Counted from the stretch's first letter, positions 39,283 through 47,752 are shown. The stretch is 64,000 nt of DNA from Candidatus Bathyarchaeota archaeon (GCA_963733095.1 CAVTBV010000013.1:384001-448000), one strand, 5' to 3'. Notes: generated by a model from the letters alone, not told the origin. A program made the numbers and translations.

Positions 39283-40839
39283 ATGAAACATAAAGTGATA
39301 TTTGCCACTGTTACGGTGCTCCTAATAGTATTAGTGTCAGCAACCGCCGTTATTGTTAACAACGCACCAACCAAAAATGACTCAACCCGTGTTGGTGTAA
39401 CTTTCGGCGGAGACAATAGCGCCGACGCGAAACTGCTGATTGATAGAGTCAAAGGTTATACTAACTTGTTTGTTGTGGCATCAGGTCCTCTAGAGTACAA
39501 TAGTTCTGAATTAGAGAATACATGCGATTATGCTGTTACGTCAGGGTTAGATATCATCGTTTACTTTGGTTCCTACGAGGCGCAGAGAAATATAACTGCT
39601 TCCTTCATTGACACTGCACAAAGTCGCTGGGGAAGCCATTTCTTGGGCGTATACTATGGGGATGAGCCTAGCGGAAAAGCGCTCGATGGAATCATGCGGT
39701 TAGATAACGTCCCCAACATAGGTAATGTGTCAGTAAGCAGCCATGACCTTACCGTTAGCCAAACCTCTGGTTCAATCATGACAAGTAAATCATTCATGTA
39801 TAGTCCTGATTTTTCAGGACAAATTAACGTACAATGTGTTGACTTTGCTGCGGGGAATTCCACAATGATTAATTATTTTCCGAACGGAACAATCGCTCTC
39901 GCCAAAAACAATGAGTATTTGATTTACTTGACAAACGGAACCGTGTTCAAACAAATAAGCTTTCCAAGCGCATTTCCGAACCCGAATAATGAATCCTGGG
40001 CATCAAATGGAACTGTCCTCATTCAAGAAGGCCCGTTTCCTACTCACTCGGTTTCTCCCCCCTCATTTATAGCTGTGACGGATAGAGGCGATATTTCTCA
40101 GTTCGAACCATACCAGCAACTCTGGGATTCACGTCCATTCCAAACAACAGATGACTTATCAGCAGTAGCTACATCATATGTAAAAACCCAGCAAGCGACA
40201 ACAGATTGGATAGTCAACCAAGGCAAGGTTAACCTCTTCACTTCTGATTATGTCCTTCACTGGTGGGATTATCAGGTCGGATATGACACCGTTTTTGCTG
40301 AGCTTGGCTGGAATAACACTGCTGCGCAAGAAATCGACTTAGTAAGAGGTGCGGCGAATCTGCAGGGCAAAGATTGGGGCACAATCATAGATTGGAAATA
40401 TAATCAGCCGCCCTATTTACCCAGCGGAAATGAGATGTACAATCAAATGCTCCTGTCCTATCAATGTGGCGCTAAGTACATTGTAGTTTTCAATTACTCT
40501 GAAAACATGACTGACCCTTATGGAACTTTGCAGAATGAGCATTTCCAAGCACTTCAACGGTTCTGGACTGATGTAGTGAAAAACCCCCAGGTAGTTAATG
40601 GTGAAATCAAGTCTGAGGCAGTTTTTGTTTTGCCTAGTAACTATGGGTGGGGCATGCGGAACCCGCAGGATAGTATTTGGGGCTTATGGGCTCCAAATGC
40701 TACTTCAGAGCAAATCTGGACCCAGCTTCAAAGCAGACTTACACAATACGGCTCAAAGCTGGACATAGTCTACGACGACGCAGCTTATCCTGTTGCTGAA
40801 AAATATAATCAGATTTATTCCTGGAATCAAACAACCTAA
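39283..40839 (+). CDS. Membrane-anchored secreted protein, glycoside-hydrolase-like barrel (cargo)
   Basis: N-terminal TM; GVYYGDEP, FTSDY, AELGWN motifs. Confidence 0.65.
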   Translation: MKHKVIFATVTVLLIVLVSATAVIVNNAPTKNDSTRVGVTFGGDNSADAKLLIDRVKGYTNLFVVASGPLEYNSSELENTCDYAVTSGLDIIVYFGSYEAQRNITASFIDTAQSRWGSHFLGVYYGDEPSGKALDGIMRLDNVPNIGNVSVSSHDLTVSQTSGSIMTSKSFMYSPDFSGQINVQCVDFAAGNSTMINYFPNGTIALAKNNEYLIYLTNGTVFKQISFPSAFPNPNNESWASNGTVLIQEGPFPTHSVSPPSFIAVTDRGDISQFEPYQQLWDSRPFQTTDDLSAVATSYVKTQQATTDWIVNQGKVNLFTSDYVLHWWDYQVGYDTVFAELGWNNTAAQEIDLVRGAANLQGKDWGTIIDWKYNQPPYLPSGNEMYNQMLLSYQCGAKYIVVFNYSENMTDPYGTLQNEHFQALQRFWTDVVKNPQVVNGEIKSEAVFVLPSNYGWGMRNPQDSIWGLWAPNATSEQIWTQLQSRLTQYGSKLDIVYDDAAYPVAEKYNQIYSWNQTT

Positions 40840-41054
40840 AACCATTTGGTCTCTTAACTTTTTATTGATATCTATTCTTAGGGGTTGAAGCATTTGGACG
40901 CTTGTATCTTTAGATATGTTTTTAGGTGTTGTTTATCGGTAAAATCTTTTTTTTGGGCAGGCTGGGCTGCTGCTCTCTTCAAGCAAAAAACTTGAATTTT
41001 TATTTTTGTTTCGAACTTCTCTTTTCCGTTTGATGCTTTTTGGAGGTGATTTGT

Positions 41055-41249
41055 TTGGTTGATGCGATAGAGGTATCTGAGAATAAGGAAGCCCTAATCG
41101 TCTTGGCTGGCACCGTCGCCGGCGCTGTTGCTTCGTTTGTTGCTTCTTTGCCGATTCCGCTGGAGATCAAGACCCCCGCAGTCGCGTTAGCATCCACCGT
41201 GACCGGTGCGATCCTGCTCTACTGGAAAAACAAAGTTAACAGACAATAA
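41055..41249 (+). CDS. Holin-like small membrane protein, copy 1
   Basis: GGAGGTGA RBS, 2 TM segments, YWKNK end reminiscent of SPP1-type holins. Confidence 0.55.
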   Translation: MVDAIEVSENKEALIVLAGTVAGAVASFVASLPIPLEIKTPAVALASTVTGAILLYWKNKVNRQ

Positions 41250-41276
41250 GAAGGCCTTCCTGTTTTTTTGAGTCTG

Positions 41277-41552
41277 TCAGAGAAGTTTTGATAAGTCATC
41301 GTATACTTTTTTTCGGTGGCCTACAAAGAGCACAATCACTTGGTTATTTTCGGTGTTTATTTCGTAGATGGCTCGGTAGTCGCCCGACCTTACGCTCCAA
41401 AAATCTGAGGGATGCAATGGCTTTCCTGTTTTCCAAGGGTCAACTGCAAGTTCTCCAAGAATCTGTCTTATTCTCTTTTGGTTTAGTCCATCAAGCTTTC
41501 TCAATTCTTTAGCAGCGTTCGGATGCAACAAAACCTTGAAAACCAAGATCAA
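41277..41552 (-). CDS. RelE/ParE-family toxin
   Basis: AAKELRKL...GKPL...SVRSGDYRAIY. Confidence 0.88.
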   Translation of the reverse strand: MILVFKVLLHPNAAKELRKLDGLNQKRIRQILGELAVDPWKTGKPLHPSDFWSVRSGDYRAIYEINTENNQVIVLFVGHRKKVYDDLSKLL

Positions 41553-41803
41553 GCGTCCTCTAATGGAACCAGCGCTTCAGGATTTTTCTTTGCCTCTTCG
41601 CTTCGCTTGCTTAATAACTTGTAGAATGCACGGGTTTTCTCGCGTTCTTCATATAGGCTTATAATAGTTTTTATGGCGTCGCTACGACTCTTGAATTTAC
41701 CTTCTGCTACCCAACTGTCGATTTCAGCGATCATTTCCTCTGGGAGTCTCAACTGCACTTGTGCCATCAAATACACCTGTAAACAATACTGTTTACAATT
41801 CAT
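41549..41803 (-). CDS. Ribbon-helix-helix antitoxin
   Basis: VQLRLPEEM...IDSWVAEGKFKSRSDAI; coupled to the toxin. Confidence 0.85.
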   Translation of the reverse strand: MNCKQYCLQVYLMAQVQLRLPEEMIAEIDSWVAEGKFKSRSDAIKTIISLYEEREKTRAFYKLLSKRSEEAKKNPEALVPLEDA

Positions 41804-41811
41804 TTAAAAGT

Positions 41812-42073
41812 TTTGGCCGCTGGTTGAATAACAACATGAAATTTTCGGCAGGAGACATAAAACTAAATGGCACGTCGGATGCCGTTTGGATGGATGAAAT
41901 CTGGTTCATGGCAAGCGCGCGTTCTAGTGACCATTATCCTCCTGCTGAGCAATGGTGCCGAGAAACTTTCAACATCCCTTTGCTCTGCATCGACAAGTAT
42001 TAAGTTCGGGTTCTACTACACGTGGGATGCGCATGGCGATTATGTTGATGATTTATGGGTCATAGCCAAATAG
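41812..42073 (+). pseudogene. Orphan C-terminal variants of the 37227..38045 tail protein
   Basis: QWCRETFNIP / KFGFYYTWDAHGDYVDDLWVIAK* aligns to QWNRLCFNMP...YYVDEIWVIAK*; preceded by WMDEIWFMA. Confidence 0.7.
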
Positions 42074-42100
42074 CAATAAGACTATCCCGCTTCAACCTGC

Positions 42101-42137
42101 TCAAGCTACTGGTTTTTCGATACCTAACTATTACAGC
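42101..42137. repeat. Cargo left-border motif, copy 2
   Basis: TCAAGCTACTGGTTTTTCGATACCTAACTATTACAGC, similar to 27719-27754. Confidence 0.65.
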
Positions 42138-42174
42138 CATAGAAACATCGATAGGAGCAAACTCAAAATTGCTT

Positions 42175-42687
42175 TTACTTAAATATGTAAGGCGGCGGTG
42201 AAGAAACTGGAACAGGGACTTCTTGGTTAGTCGTAGGTGAAGGCGGGATAGAGGGAGTAGCGATAGGCGAAATTATTGGCTTAGAGTTTGAGATTGTCGA
42301 CTTGACGTATAGGGTTAATTGGTGTGAAGTTACATTTACGTTGCTTACCACGATTTGCAGCCCCTCAAAACTGTATTTAGCTCCTTGAATGGCTCTGAAA
42401 CTTTGGTTTGAGTAAATAATTAGTGTTTGTTCTGTTGTAATGTGGAAAAAAGCGTCAGGAGGGGCACCTATTATGGGAGCGCCTCCATCAGATTTTCCAA
42501 CTAAGTAAAAGAGTATATAATACGAAGTGCTGCCAAATTTTACAGAGGTTGGCGGGTAAGAATAAGGGGTTAAAGTAATTTTACTATAACCTAAGAGCGT
42601 ATTAGCTACAAAGAGTTCAATGCCAACGACCGCTATGACAACTACTGCCAATAAGATGGCGACCGTTACAATTTTTCTCTTTGGCAT
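42175..42687 (-). CDS. Membrane-anchored surface protein (cargo)
   Basis: N-terminal TM, Pro/Ser/Thr-rich tail. Confidence 0.75.
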   Translation of the reverse strand: MPKRKIVTVAILLAVVVIAVVGIELFVANTLLGYSKITLTPYSYPPTSVKFGSTSYYILFYLVGKSDGGAPIIGAPPDAFFHITTEQTLIIYSNQSFRAIQGAKYSFEGLQIVVSNVNVTSHQLTLYVKSTISNSKPIISPIATPSIPPSPTTNQEVPVPVSSPPPYIFK

Positions 42688-42797
42688 TCAATCGCTTCCT
42701 CTGTTTCCAGTTGTGCTTTCTATTTCAATACCAATTTTACCCATGCTTAACATTAGGTAATGGAGTCGATAAAAGCCTATTCGTAAAGGATCCTTAA

Positions 42798-43994
42798 CTA
42801 AGCCTCGCCAAGCTTTCTTGACTGATGAGCGAATTTTCGATACCTGATTACCCCGGCAATCGCAAATATGGAAAAAAGCAAAGGCAAGATCACCAGCCAA
42901 GATAATTCTGGAACGGTAGATGTTGGGGAAGGATTGTCGATGCTGGCGCTAGTTCTAATTAACCAATTATTGCCTACCCCATTACCTCCCGCAAGCACAA
43001 AACCTCCGTCACCCTCTTGAATCACTGAATACGCTGTCGAGTTTAATGATAAACGCCACAGCAAATTTCCAGCCGAATCAGTCTTAATCAAGCTTCCAGA
43101 ATCGAAGTTGCCGCAACCTAAAGCGTATCCTCCATCACCAGCCTGAATCACCGACCAAGCTGCACCAGTATCGTATGTTTGGTTCCAAACCATTTTACCA
43201 TTCAGGTCAGTTTTAAACAACAAAACGGTATTGTTTACAGAGCCAGCCAACAAAAACCCTCCATCATCTAATTGAATAACCGAGTACGCAGCACTTTGGA
43301 TGCCATCATAAGTTTGGTTCCAGAGCAAATTGCCTAAATCGTCGATCTTCATGAGAAGAGCACTATTATTCATAAAACCTGCAGCGGCATATCCGCCATT
43401 ACTTGTTTGAACCAGCGACATAACCATGCCGTCTTTACCTTCATAGGTTTGGCTCCAAATTATATGACCAGTTAGATCAACCGCAGCCAACCAAGGAGCG
43501 CCGTTTTCGCTTCCAGCCAAAATGTATCCGTTGTCGCTTTTCTTGATTAAGCTTGATATGCTTGTGTCGCTGTAGTTTTGTCTCCACTGAAAAATGCCTT
43601 GAGAATCAGATTTGACCAAGTAACTGGAGCCGACAAGTGCATATCCCCCATCTGGCGCCTGGACAATAGAGTCAGCTCCACCCAAATTTACATTCATTTT
43701 TTCAGCAAAGTAAAACTTTTCCCATTGTTTGTCGCCCGAAGAATCAACTTTGATTAGCCAAGGTCCGACTGCTCCAATAACTATGCTCATCGCAGAACCT
43801 GCCAATGCGTATCCGCCATCGCTCGTTAGAGTCATTGCTCGAATTATTGATCCTGTGCTGTACTGCTGTTCCCATTCGATTGAAGGTGTGGTTGGAGAGA
43901 TGGCAGTGATCAGAGTTGCTTGTGACATCAAGGCTGCTAACAGTAATACTGAAATGAAAGCGAGAATAAGAGCCCAAACAAATTTTCCTCTCAT
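42798..43994 (-). CDS. Beta-propeller surface protein with PEL-type anchor (cargo)
   Basis: Repeated DGGY-LAG...WLIK-D--G---W-QTY blades; VPEL-TM-RK. Confidence 0.85.
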   Translation of the reverse strand: MRGKFVWALILAFISVLLLAALMSQATLITAISPTTPSIEWEQQYSTGSIIRAMTLTSDGGYALAGSAMSIVIGAVGPWLIKVDSSGDKQWEKFYFAEKMNVNLGGADSIVQAPDGGYALVGSSYLVKSDSQGIFQWRQNYSDTSISSLIKKSDNGYILAGSENGAPWLAAVDLTGHIIWSQTYEGKDGMVMSLVQTSNGGYAAAGFMNNSALLMKIDDLGNLLWNQTYDGIQSAAYSVIQLDDGGFLLAGSVNNTVLLFKTDLNGKMVWNQTYDTGAAWSVIQAGDGGYALGCGNFDSGSLIKTDSAGNLLWRLSLNSTAYSVIQEGDGGFVLAGGNGVGNNWLIRTSASIDNPSPTSTVPELSWLVILPLLFSIFAIAGVIRYRKFAHQSRKLGEA

Positions 43995-44662
43995 GCACTT
44001 CCAACTCTTTTGACTGTAGCAGATGCTGCCTTGGTCTTGATTGCGACAACGATGACGAGAACAGTCGCTAACAACGTTAAGACTGCTAACAATGAGAACT
44101 CTGGAACAGTAGGAGTTTGTGTAGGGCTTGGTTGTAATGGTTGAGTTCCTGTAGCAAAAAGAACTGTTGAGGAACTATTTAGGAAGAAAATGTCTAATCC
44201 TCCAGCAAACACCACTGCTTCAGCATACACAGTTAGATAGTGATTTCCTGGTGACAATGCAGGGGAATTAAGAGATGTGTTAAAGTTTGGGATTCCTGAT
44301 GATGAAGAAGCACTTCCATTTTTCCAAATGGTGAAGGCTTGCTCTGTCTTGTCATCTAATGTGTAAGTTATGTTGATTATAGATGAGATCTTTATGTCTA
44401 TGGATGAGTCATTCATGTCCAATTTGGGTCTATCTACATAGAAGTTTATTGTTAGATTATTTGAGGAATATGCTGTGTTGTTTTGTGGGCTAAATATTGT
44501 TATTTTCGGTGGGATTGCATCTGGTCTTGGCTCAATTTGGTGAAATATCCAAAAAGGGTTAGCCTCTACAACCTCAACCTGCATAGCACTCAATACCAAA
44601 ATGACCAGCATTAAGATAGTAAATAGTGCTATGAAGGATTTCTTAATCATGGCTGTCACCAA
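43991..44662 (-). CDS. Ig-like surface protein with PEF anchor (cargo)
   Basis: PPKITIFSPQNNT...YTLD...GNHYLTVYA; VPEF-TM. Confidence 0.85.
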   Translation of the reverse strand: MVTAMIKKSFIALFTILMLVILVLSAMQVEVVEANPFWIFHQIEPRPDAIPPKITIFSPQNNTAYSSNNLTINFYVDRPKLDMNDSSIDIKISSIINITYTLDDKTEQAFTIWKNGSASSSSGIPNFNTSLNSPALSPGNHYLTVYAEAVVFAGGLDIFFLNSSSTVLFATGTQPLQPSPTQTPTVPEFSLLAVLTLLATVLVIVVAIKTKAASATVKRVGSA

Positions 44663-45326
44663 ACTTTCTCTTTCTAAATAAGACTAAAACAAGGATTGTT
44701 GAAAGGAATAGGGGTAAAATTATCAACCAAGAAAATTCTGGAACAGTTGAAGTTGTTGATGTTGTGGATGTCTGATTTAAGTTGACTGTTTGTGTGTTGC
44801 TCCAGTCACTTGTTTCAGCAGGGTTAAAAGTAATCTCTGAATAACCATCTCCAGACTGTGCTTGAGTTGGAGCACCAGGTATGTAACCTGGCTTCTGAGT
44901 TATGGCATAGTAACCAGTTTTTGCTTGAATTTGAAAATCAAGCAAAGTACTGTTGCGAAGCAGGGGACTGCTCAGAATTGAATTCAGGAGTGACATTCCG
45001 GGTAGTGGGGGAATTGAAATAATTGTAGTTTTAGAGTTAGATTGAAGGTTATAGTTGCCACTTTCTAGCCATAAATCAGAGTTGTGGTCCTTTACTCTGA
45101 AGTAATATACTATTGAGTTAACAGAACTACTGTTAGTGAATGCTTGATTTTCCACAATTAGTTGTATTGTGCTGTTATTTGGCATTTGAATGGTAAACTT
45201 TGGTGCTGATGGCTTAGTTGACTGGGCATAAACACTCTCAGCCATAGGTTCCACTAAGAAAATTATCACTAAAATAGAAGTTAGTATAGCAAAACCGGGT
45301 CTTATTTTTTGCATTTTCTGCTTCAT
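44643..45326 (-). CDS. Surface protein with PEF anchor (cargo)
   Basis: Signal peptide, KPSAPKFT...SDWSNTQTV; VPEF-TM-RKRK. Confidence 0.85.
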   Translation of the reverse strand: MKQKMQKIRPGFAILTSILVIIFLVEPMAESVYAQSTKPSAPKFTIQMPNNSTIQLIVENQAFTNSSSVNSIVYYFRVKDHNSDLWLESGNYNLQSNSKTTIISIPPLPGMSLLNSILSSPLLRNSTLLDFQIQAKTGYYAITQKPGYIPGAPTQAQSGDGYSEITFNPAETSDWSNTQTVNLNQTSTTSTTSTVPEFSWLIILPLFLSTILVLVLFRKRKFGDSHD

Positions 45327-45490
45327 CTAAATAATTACTAGAGGCAACCAGCATATAGTTCTATTCAAAGAACAATCAAACAGCAGGTTGTTCCAAAATG
45401 GAACACTTGTGACAATAAACAGCTCGCCTTGGGAAAAGGTCTTTGATTTGAGTTATAGGACCATACAGGATCATTTTTTATTCACAGTTA

Positions 45491-45622
45491 TTGGAGGTGA
45501 GTTTTGTTTGGTTGATGAGGTAGAGGTATCTGAGAATAGGGAAGCCTGATCGTTTTGGCTGGCACAGTTGCGGGCGCTGCTACTACGTTTGTTGCTTCTT
45601 TGCCGATTCCGCTGGAGATTAA
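45491..45622 (+). pseudogene. Holin-like gene, truncated copy
   Basis: Near-identical to 46197-46325; 1-nt deletion (GAAGCCTGA); ends at LEIK. Confidence 0.8.
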
Positions 45623-45650
45623 AGCTCGATTAAAGCTCCGGTGGTGCAGA

Positions 45651-45875
45651 TTATGCGAGTAACTTGATGAATTCTTCCCTTTCTAGTTTGGCGTCTTTCA
45701 TTATTTTTAAAAGTAAACCCACGCCAATGTTTTCTTTAGCATGAACCGGAATCACAGTGATTCTACCGTCTGCATGTTTCATGACAACGTGGCTGCCGTG
45801 TTTTCTAGCAACCTCAAAACCAAGAGCAGATAAGGCTTTCATTACTTTTCTGGCTGGCTGTGGTCGAAGGCTCAA
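45651..45875 (-). CDS. hicA: HicA-family toxin
   Basis: ALGF...GSHVVMKH.DGR...IPVH...GLLLKI. Confidence 0.9.
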   Translation of the reverse strand: MSLRPQPARKVMKALSALGFEVARKHGSHVVMKHADGRITVIPVHAKENIGVGLLLKIMKDAKLEREEFIKLLA

Positions 45876-46087
45876 TTAGTGGTGACCTCAACAAGCTGTA
45901 AACCGACAAGCTCTATGCCTTCTTTAGGTTTGACAGCCTCAACCTCAAGGTAAGCAGTAATGGCTTCTTTGATGCGTTTAGTCAATTGGTCAAGAGTTTT
46001 GGCTTGCGTGTGACAGCCAGGAAGGTCTGGAACTGAGGCAACATACATGCCATCTTCGTCTTTTTCAACGATTACTGCGAACTTCAA
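45872..46087 (-). CDS. hicB: HicB-family antitoxin
   Basis: EKDEDGMYVASVPDLPGCHTQAKT...EAI. Confidence 0.9.
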   Translation of the reverse strand: MKFAVIVEKDEDGMYVASVPDLPGCHTQAKTLDQLTKRIKEAITAYLEVEAVKPKEGIELVGLQLVEVTTN

Positions 46088-46211
46088 AATAGATCACGAT
46101 TTAGGATTAGTCAGTGCGCTTACTAAAATCTTCTCGTCTAACTGCATGTTTGAATCTTTCTTGGTTTGAGTTCGCATTTCTGTTTTAGGTTAACTTTTGG
46201 AGGTGATTTGT

Positions 46212-46406
46212 TTGGTTGATGAGGTAGAGGTATCTGAGAATAAGGAGGCTCTAATCGTTTTGGCTGGCACAGTTGCGGGCGCTGCTACTACGTTTGTTGC
46301 TTCTTTGCCGATTCCGCTGGAGATCAAGACCCCTGCAGTTGCGTTAGCATCCACTGTGACGGGTGCGATTCTGCTCTACTGGAAAAACAAAGTCAACAAA
46401 CCGTAA
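46212..46406 (+). CDS. Holin-like small membrane protein, copy 3
   Basis: Near-identical protein to 41055..41249. Confidence 0.55.
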   Translation: MVDEVEVSENKEALIVLAGTVAGAATTFVASLPIPLEIKTPAVALASTVTGAILLYWKNKVNKP

Positions 46407-46604
46407 GCATCATCTTTCTTTCTTTTTTTAAGAGAAAATCAGCTTTTCATAGCCAAGAGTGTTTTTGAAGAGAGGTTGGCTTCTGTTTTTTACGCAGCAA
46501 TGCACCCTTTCAGCCAGTCTCTGGCTCTCTCTTTGAGTCTGTCTTTATGTCAGCCTTCAGTAGTAGCTGTGGTTATACAGTCACAAATCGTTAAGTGACT
46601 TTAG

Positions 46605-46813
46605 GTCAGTTATACAAGTGGCGAATAAAATGATGTTTTTGAATTATAAAAAAGGTAGTTTAGCTGGTTTGCTTTCGTATGCTATTATAGTAATAGTATC
46701 ACGCGCATGCTACGAGTCAGTTACGCAAGTGGCGAATAAACAGATGAATATTTGGCATAATAAAAAAGGTAGTTTAGCTGGTTGGCTCTGGTATGCTATT
46801 GTAGTGGTAGTAT
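46605..46813 (+). repeat. Imperfect tandem duplication (~110-bp period)
   Basis: GTCAGTTA..CAAGTGGCGAATAAA...AAAAAAGGTAGTTTAGCTGGTT...GTATGCTATT occurs twice. Confidence 0.85.
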
Positions 46814-46863
46814 TAATAATAATTCTAATTCTTGCTCTGAGATTTCTTTTTGGCATAATATAA
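46744..46863 (+). CDS. 39-aa membrane microprotein with a class-III-signal-like KKG/SL
   Basis: MNIWHNKKGSLAGWLWYAIVVVVLIIILILALRFLFGII. Confidence 0.45.
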   Translation: MNIWHNKKGSLAGWLWYAIVVVVLIIILILALRFLFGII

Positions 46864-47024
46864 GGCAAACTCAAAATCAGGAAGAAAGAGCTAAGGGCTT
46901 TTTTATAAATCGCCCTGCCTTAATTGTTGGTTATGCGGTTAATTCGCCCAACGTGCGCCTTCTTTTTTAATCAGTTATTTTTTGGTTTAGCGGTAGCTCT
47001 GGCTTCTTCTTTGTCTGCTCTTTT

Positions 47025-47210
47025 CTAGTCCTCTTCGATTTCTTTCAGCAAGTCTTCATCTTCAACTTGGCAAGTGTTCTCCTCATCCACTTCAACGGCT
47101 CGGTCTTGGATGCGATGTTTCGCTATTGTTATCGCTTCTGCTTTGGTGTCTGCATCTACAATTTCGGAACAGTATTCAACTATGAAGTGATTCTTTTTTG
47201 GTTTGGACAT
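47025..47210 (-). CDS. Small acidic hypothetical protein
   Basis: 61 aa with an AGGAG RBS. Confidence 0.5.
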   Translation of the reverse strand: MSKPKKNHFIVEYCSEIVDADTKAEAITIAKHRIQDRAVEVDEENTCQVEDEDLLKEIEED

Positions 47211-47371
47211 AAGTTAGTCTCCTTTAAGCTGAGCTTTTACCACCTTATTATGTCTAAAGGGAAACCAGACCAAAGGCTACTTAATTGATCAGCCATTTTT
47301 TTAGAGTACCGGCAGTATAGTTAAGCATAATTATTTAATACGTGTGGAATCATAGTAGGGTTCGACCAAAC

Positions 47372-47584
47372 ATGACATCTGAAGCTGAACTGAAAGAAAT
47401 TAGAAGTCTGCTGCAGAAACTAAACAAGAAAGTCGATGGGTTAAATGACTTAGTGGAAGAGAGACTAATCGGTTACGAAGAACCAACCAAAGAAGATGTT
47501 GCTGCAATAAAAGAATATGAAGCAACCAAAAAGAATGGAAAGCTAGCCTTGGTGCCTTTGAACGAATTGACAAAAGGGAAATAG
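47372..47584 (+). CDS. Probable antitoxin
   Basis: LIGYEEPTKEDVAAIKEY...LVPLNEL; lies upstream of a RelE-like remnant. Confidence 0.65.
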   Translation: MTSEAELKEIRSLLQKLNKKVDGLNDLVEERLIGYEEPTKEDVAAIKEYEATKKNGKLALVPLNELTKGK

Positions 47585-47587
47585 CGC

Positions 47588-47752
47588 TTGACCAAACACC
47601 TGGTTTTTGTTGAAGCTAACGCTCAAAAGCAACTCAAGAAAATGCCTGTGCGTGACCAAACAAGAATAATCGAAGTTCTAGATACCTTAGAGAAGGAAGG
47701 TTTGTCGGCTAGGCTTGATATTAAGCAGAAAATGACACAGGCTTACCGTTAG
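47588..47752 (+). pseudogene. RelE-like toxin, 3'-truncated
   Basis: MTKHLVFVEANAQKQLKKMPVRDQTRIIEVLDTL...LDIK, then similarity is lost; no R-x-GDYR half. Confidence 0.65.

Larger units (their letters stand above)
13254..47752. mobile_element. Degenerate provirus / composite genomic island integrated at tRNA-Asn (right border uncertain)
   Basis: Integrase abuts the tRNA 3' end; contains head-tail genes, holin-like genes, TA pairs and cargo. No attR seen, so the element may extend further right. Confidence 0.75.

Noticed and set aside
37900-42073. DGR (VR in the 37227..38045 C-terminus, TR at ~41930-42073)
   Set aside because: Differences are not adenine-specific (e.g. GTC/GTT, GAC/GAT), identity is low, and no reverse transcriptase is in the window.
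46579-46600. AGTCAC-N10-GTGACT palindrome resembling 1088-1111
   Set aside because: Arm order is reversed relative to the Lrp-region site and there is a single instance; likely coincidental.
13287-47752. Classical integron (IntI + attC)
   Set aside because: No IntI-type features were recognised in the integrase, cargo genes have their own promoters and mixed orientation, and the sites lack RYYYAAC...GTTRRRY boxes.
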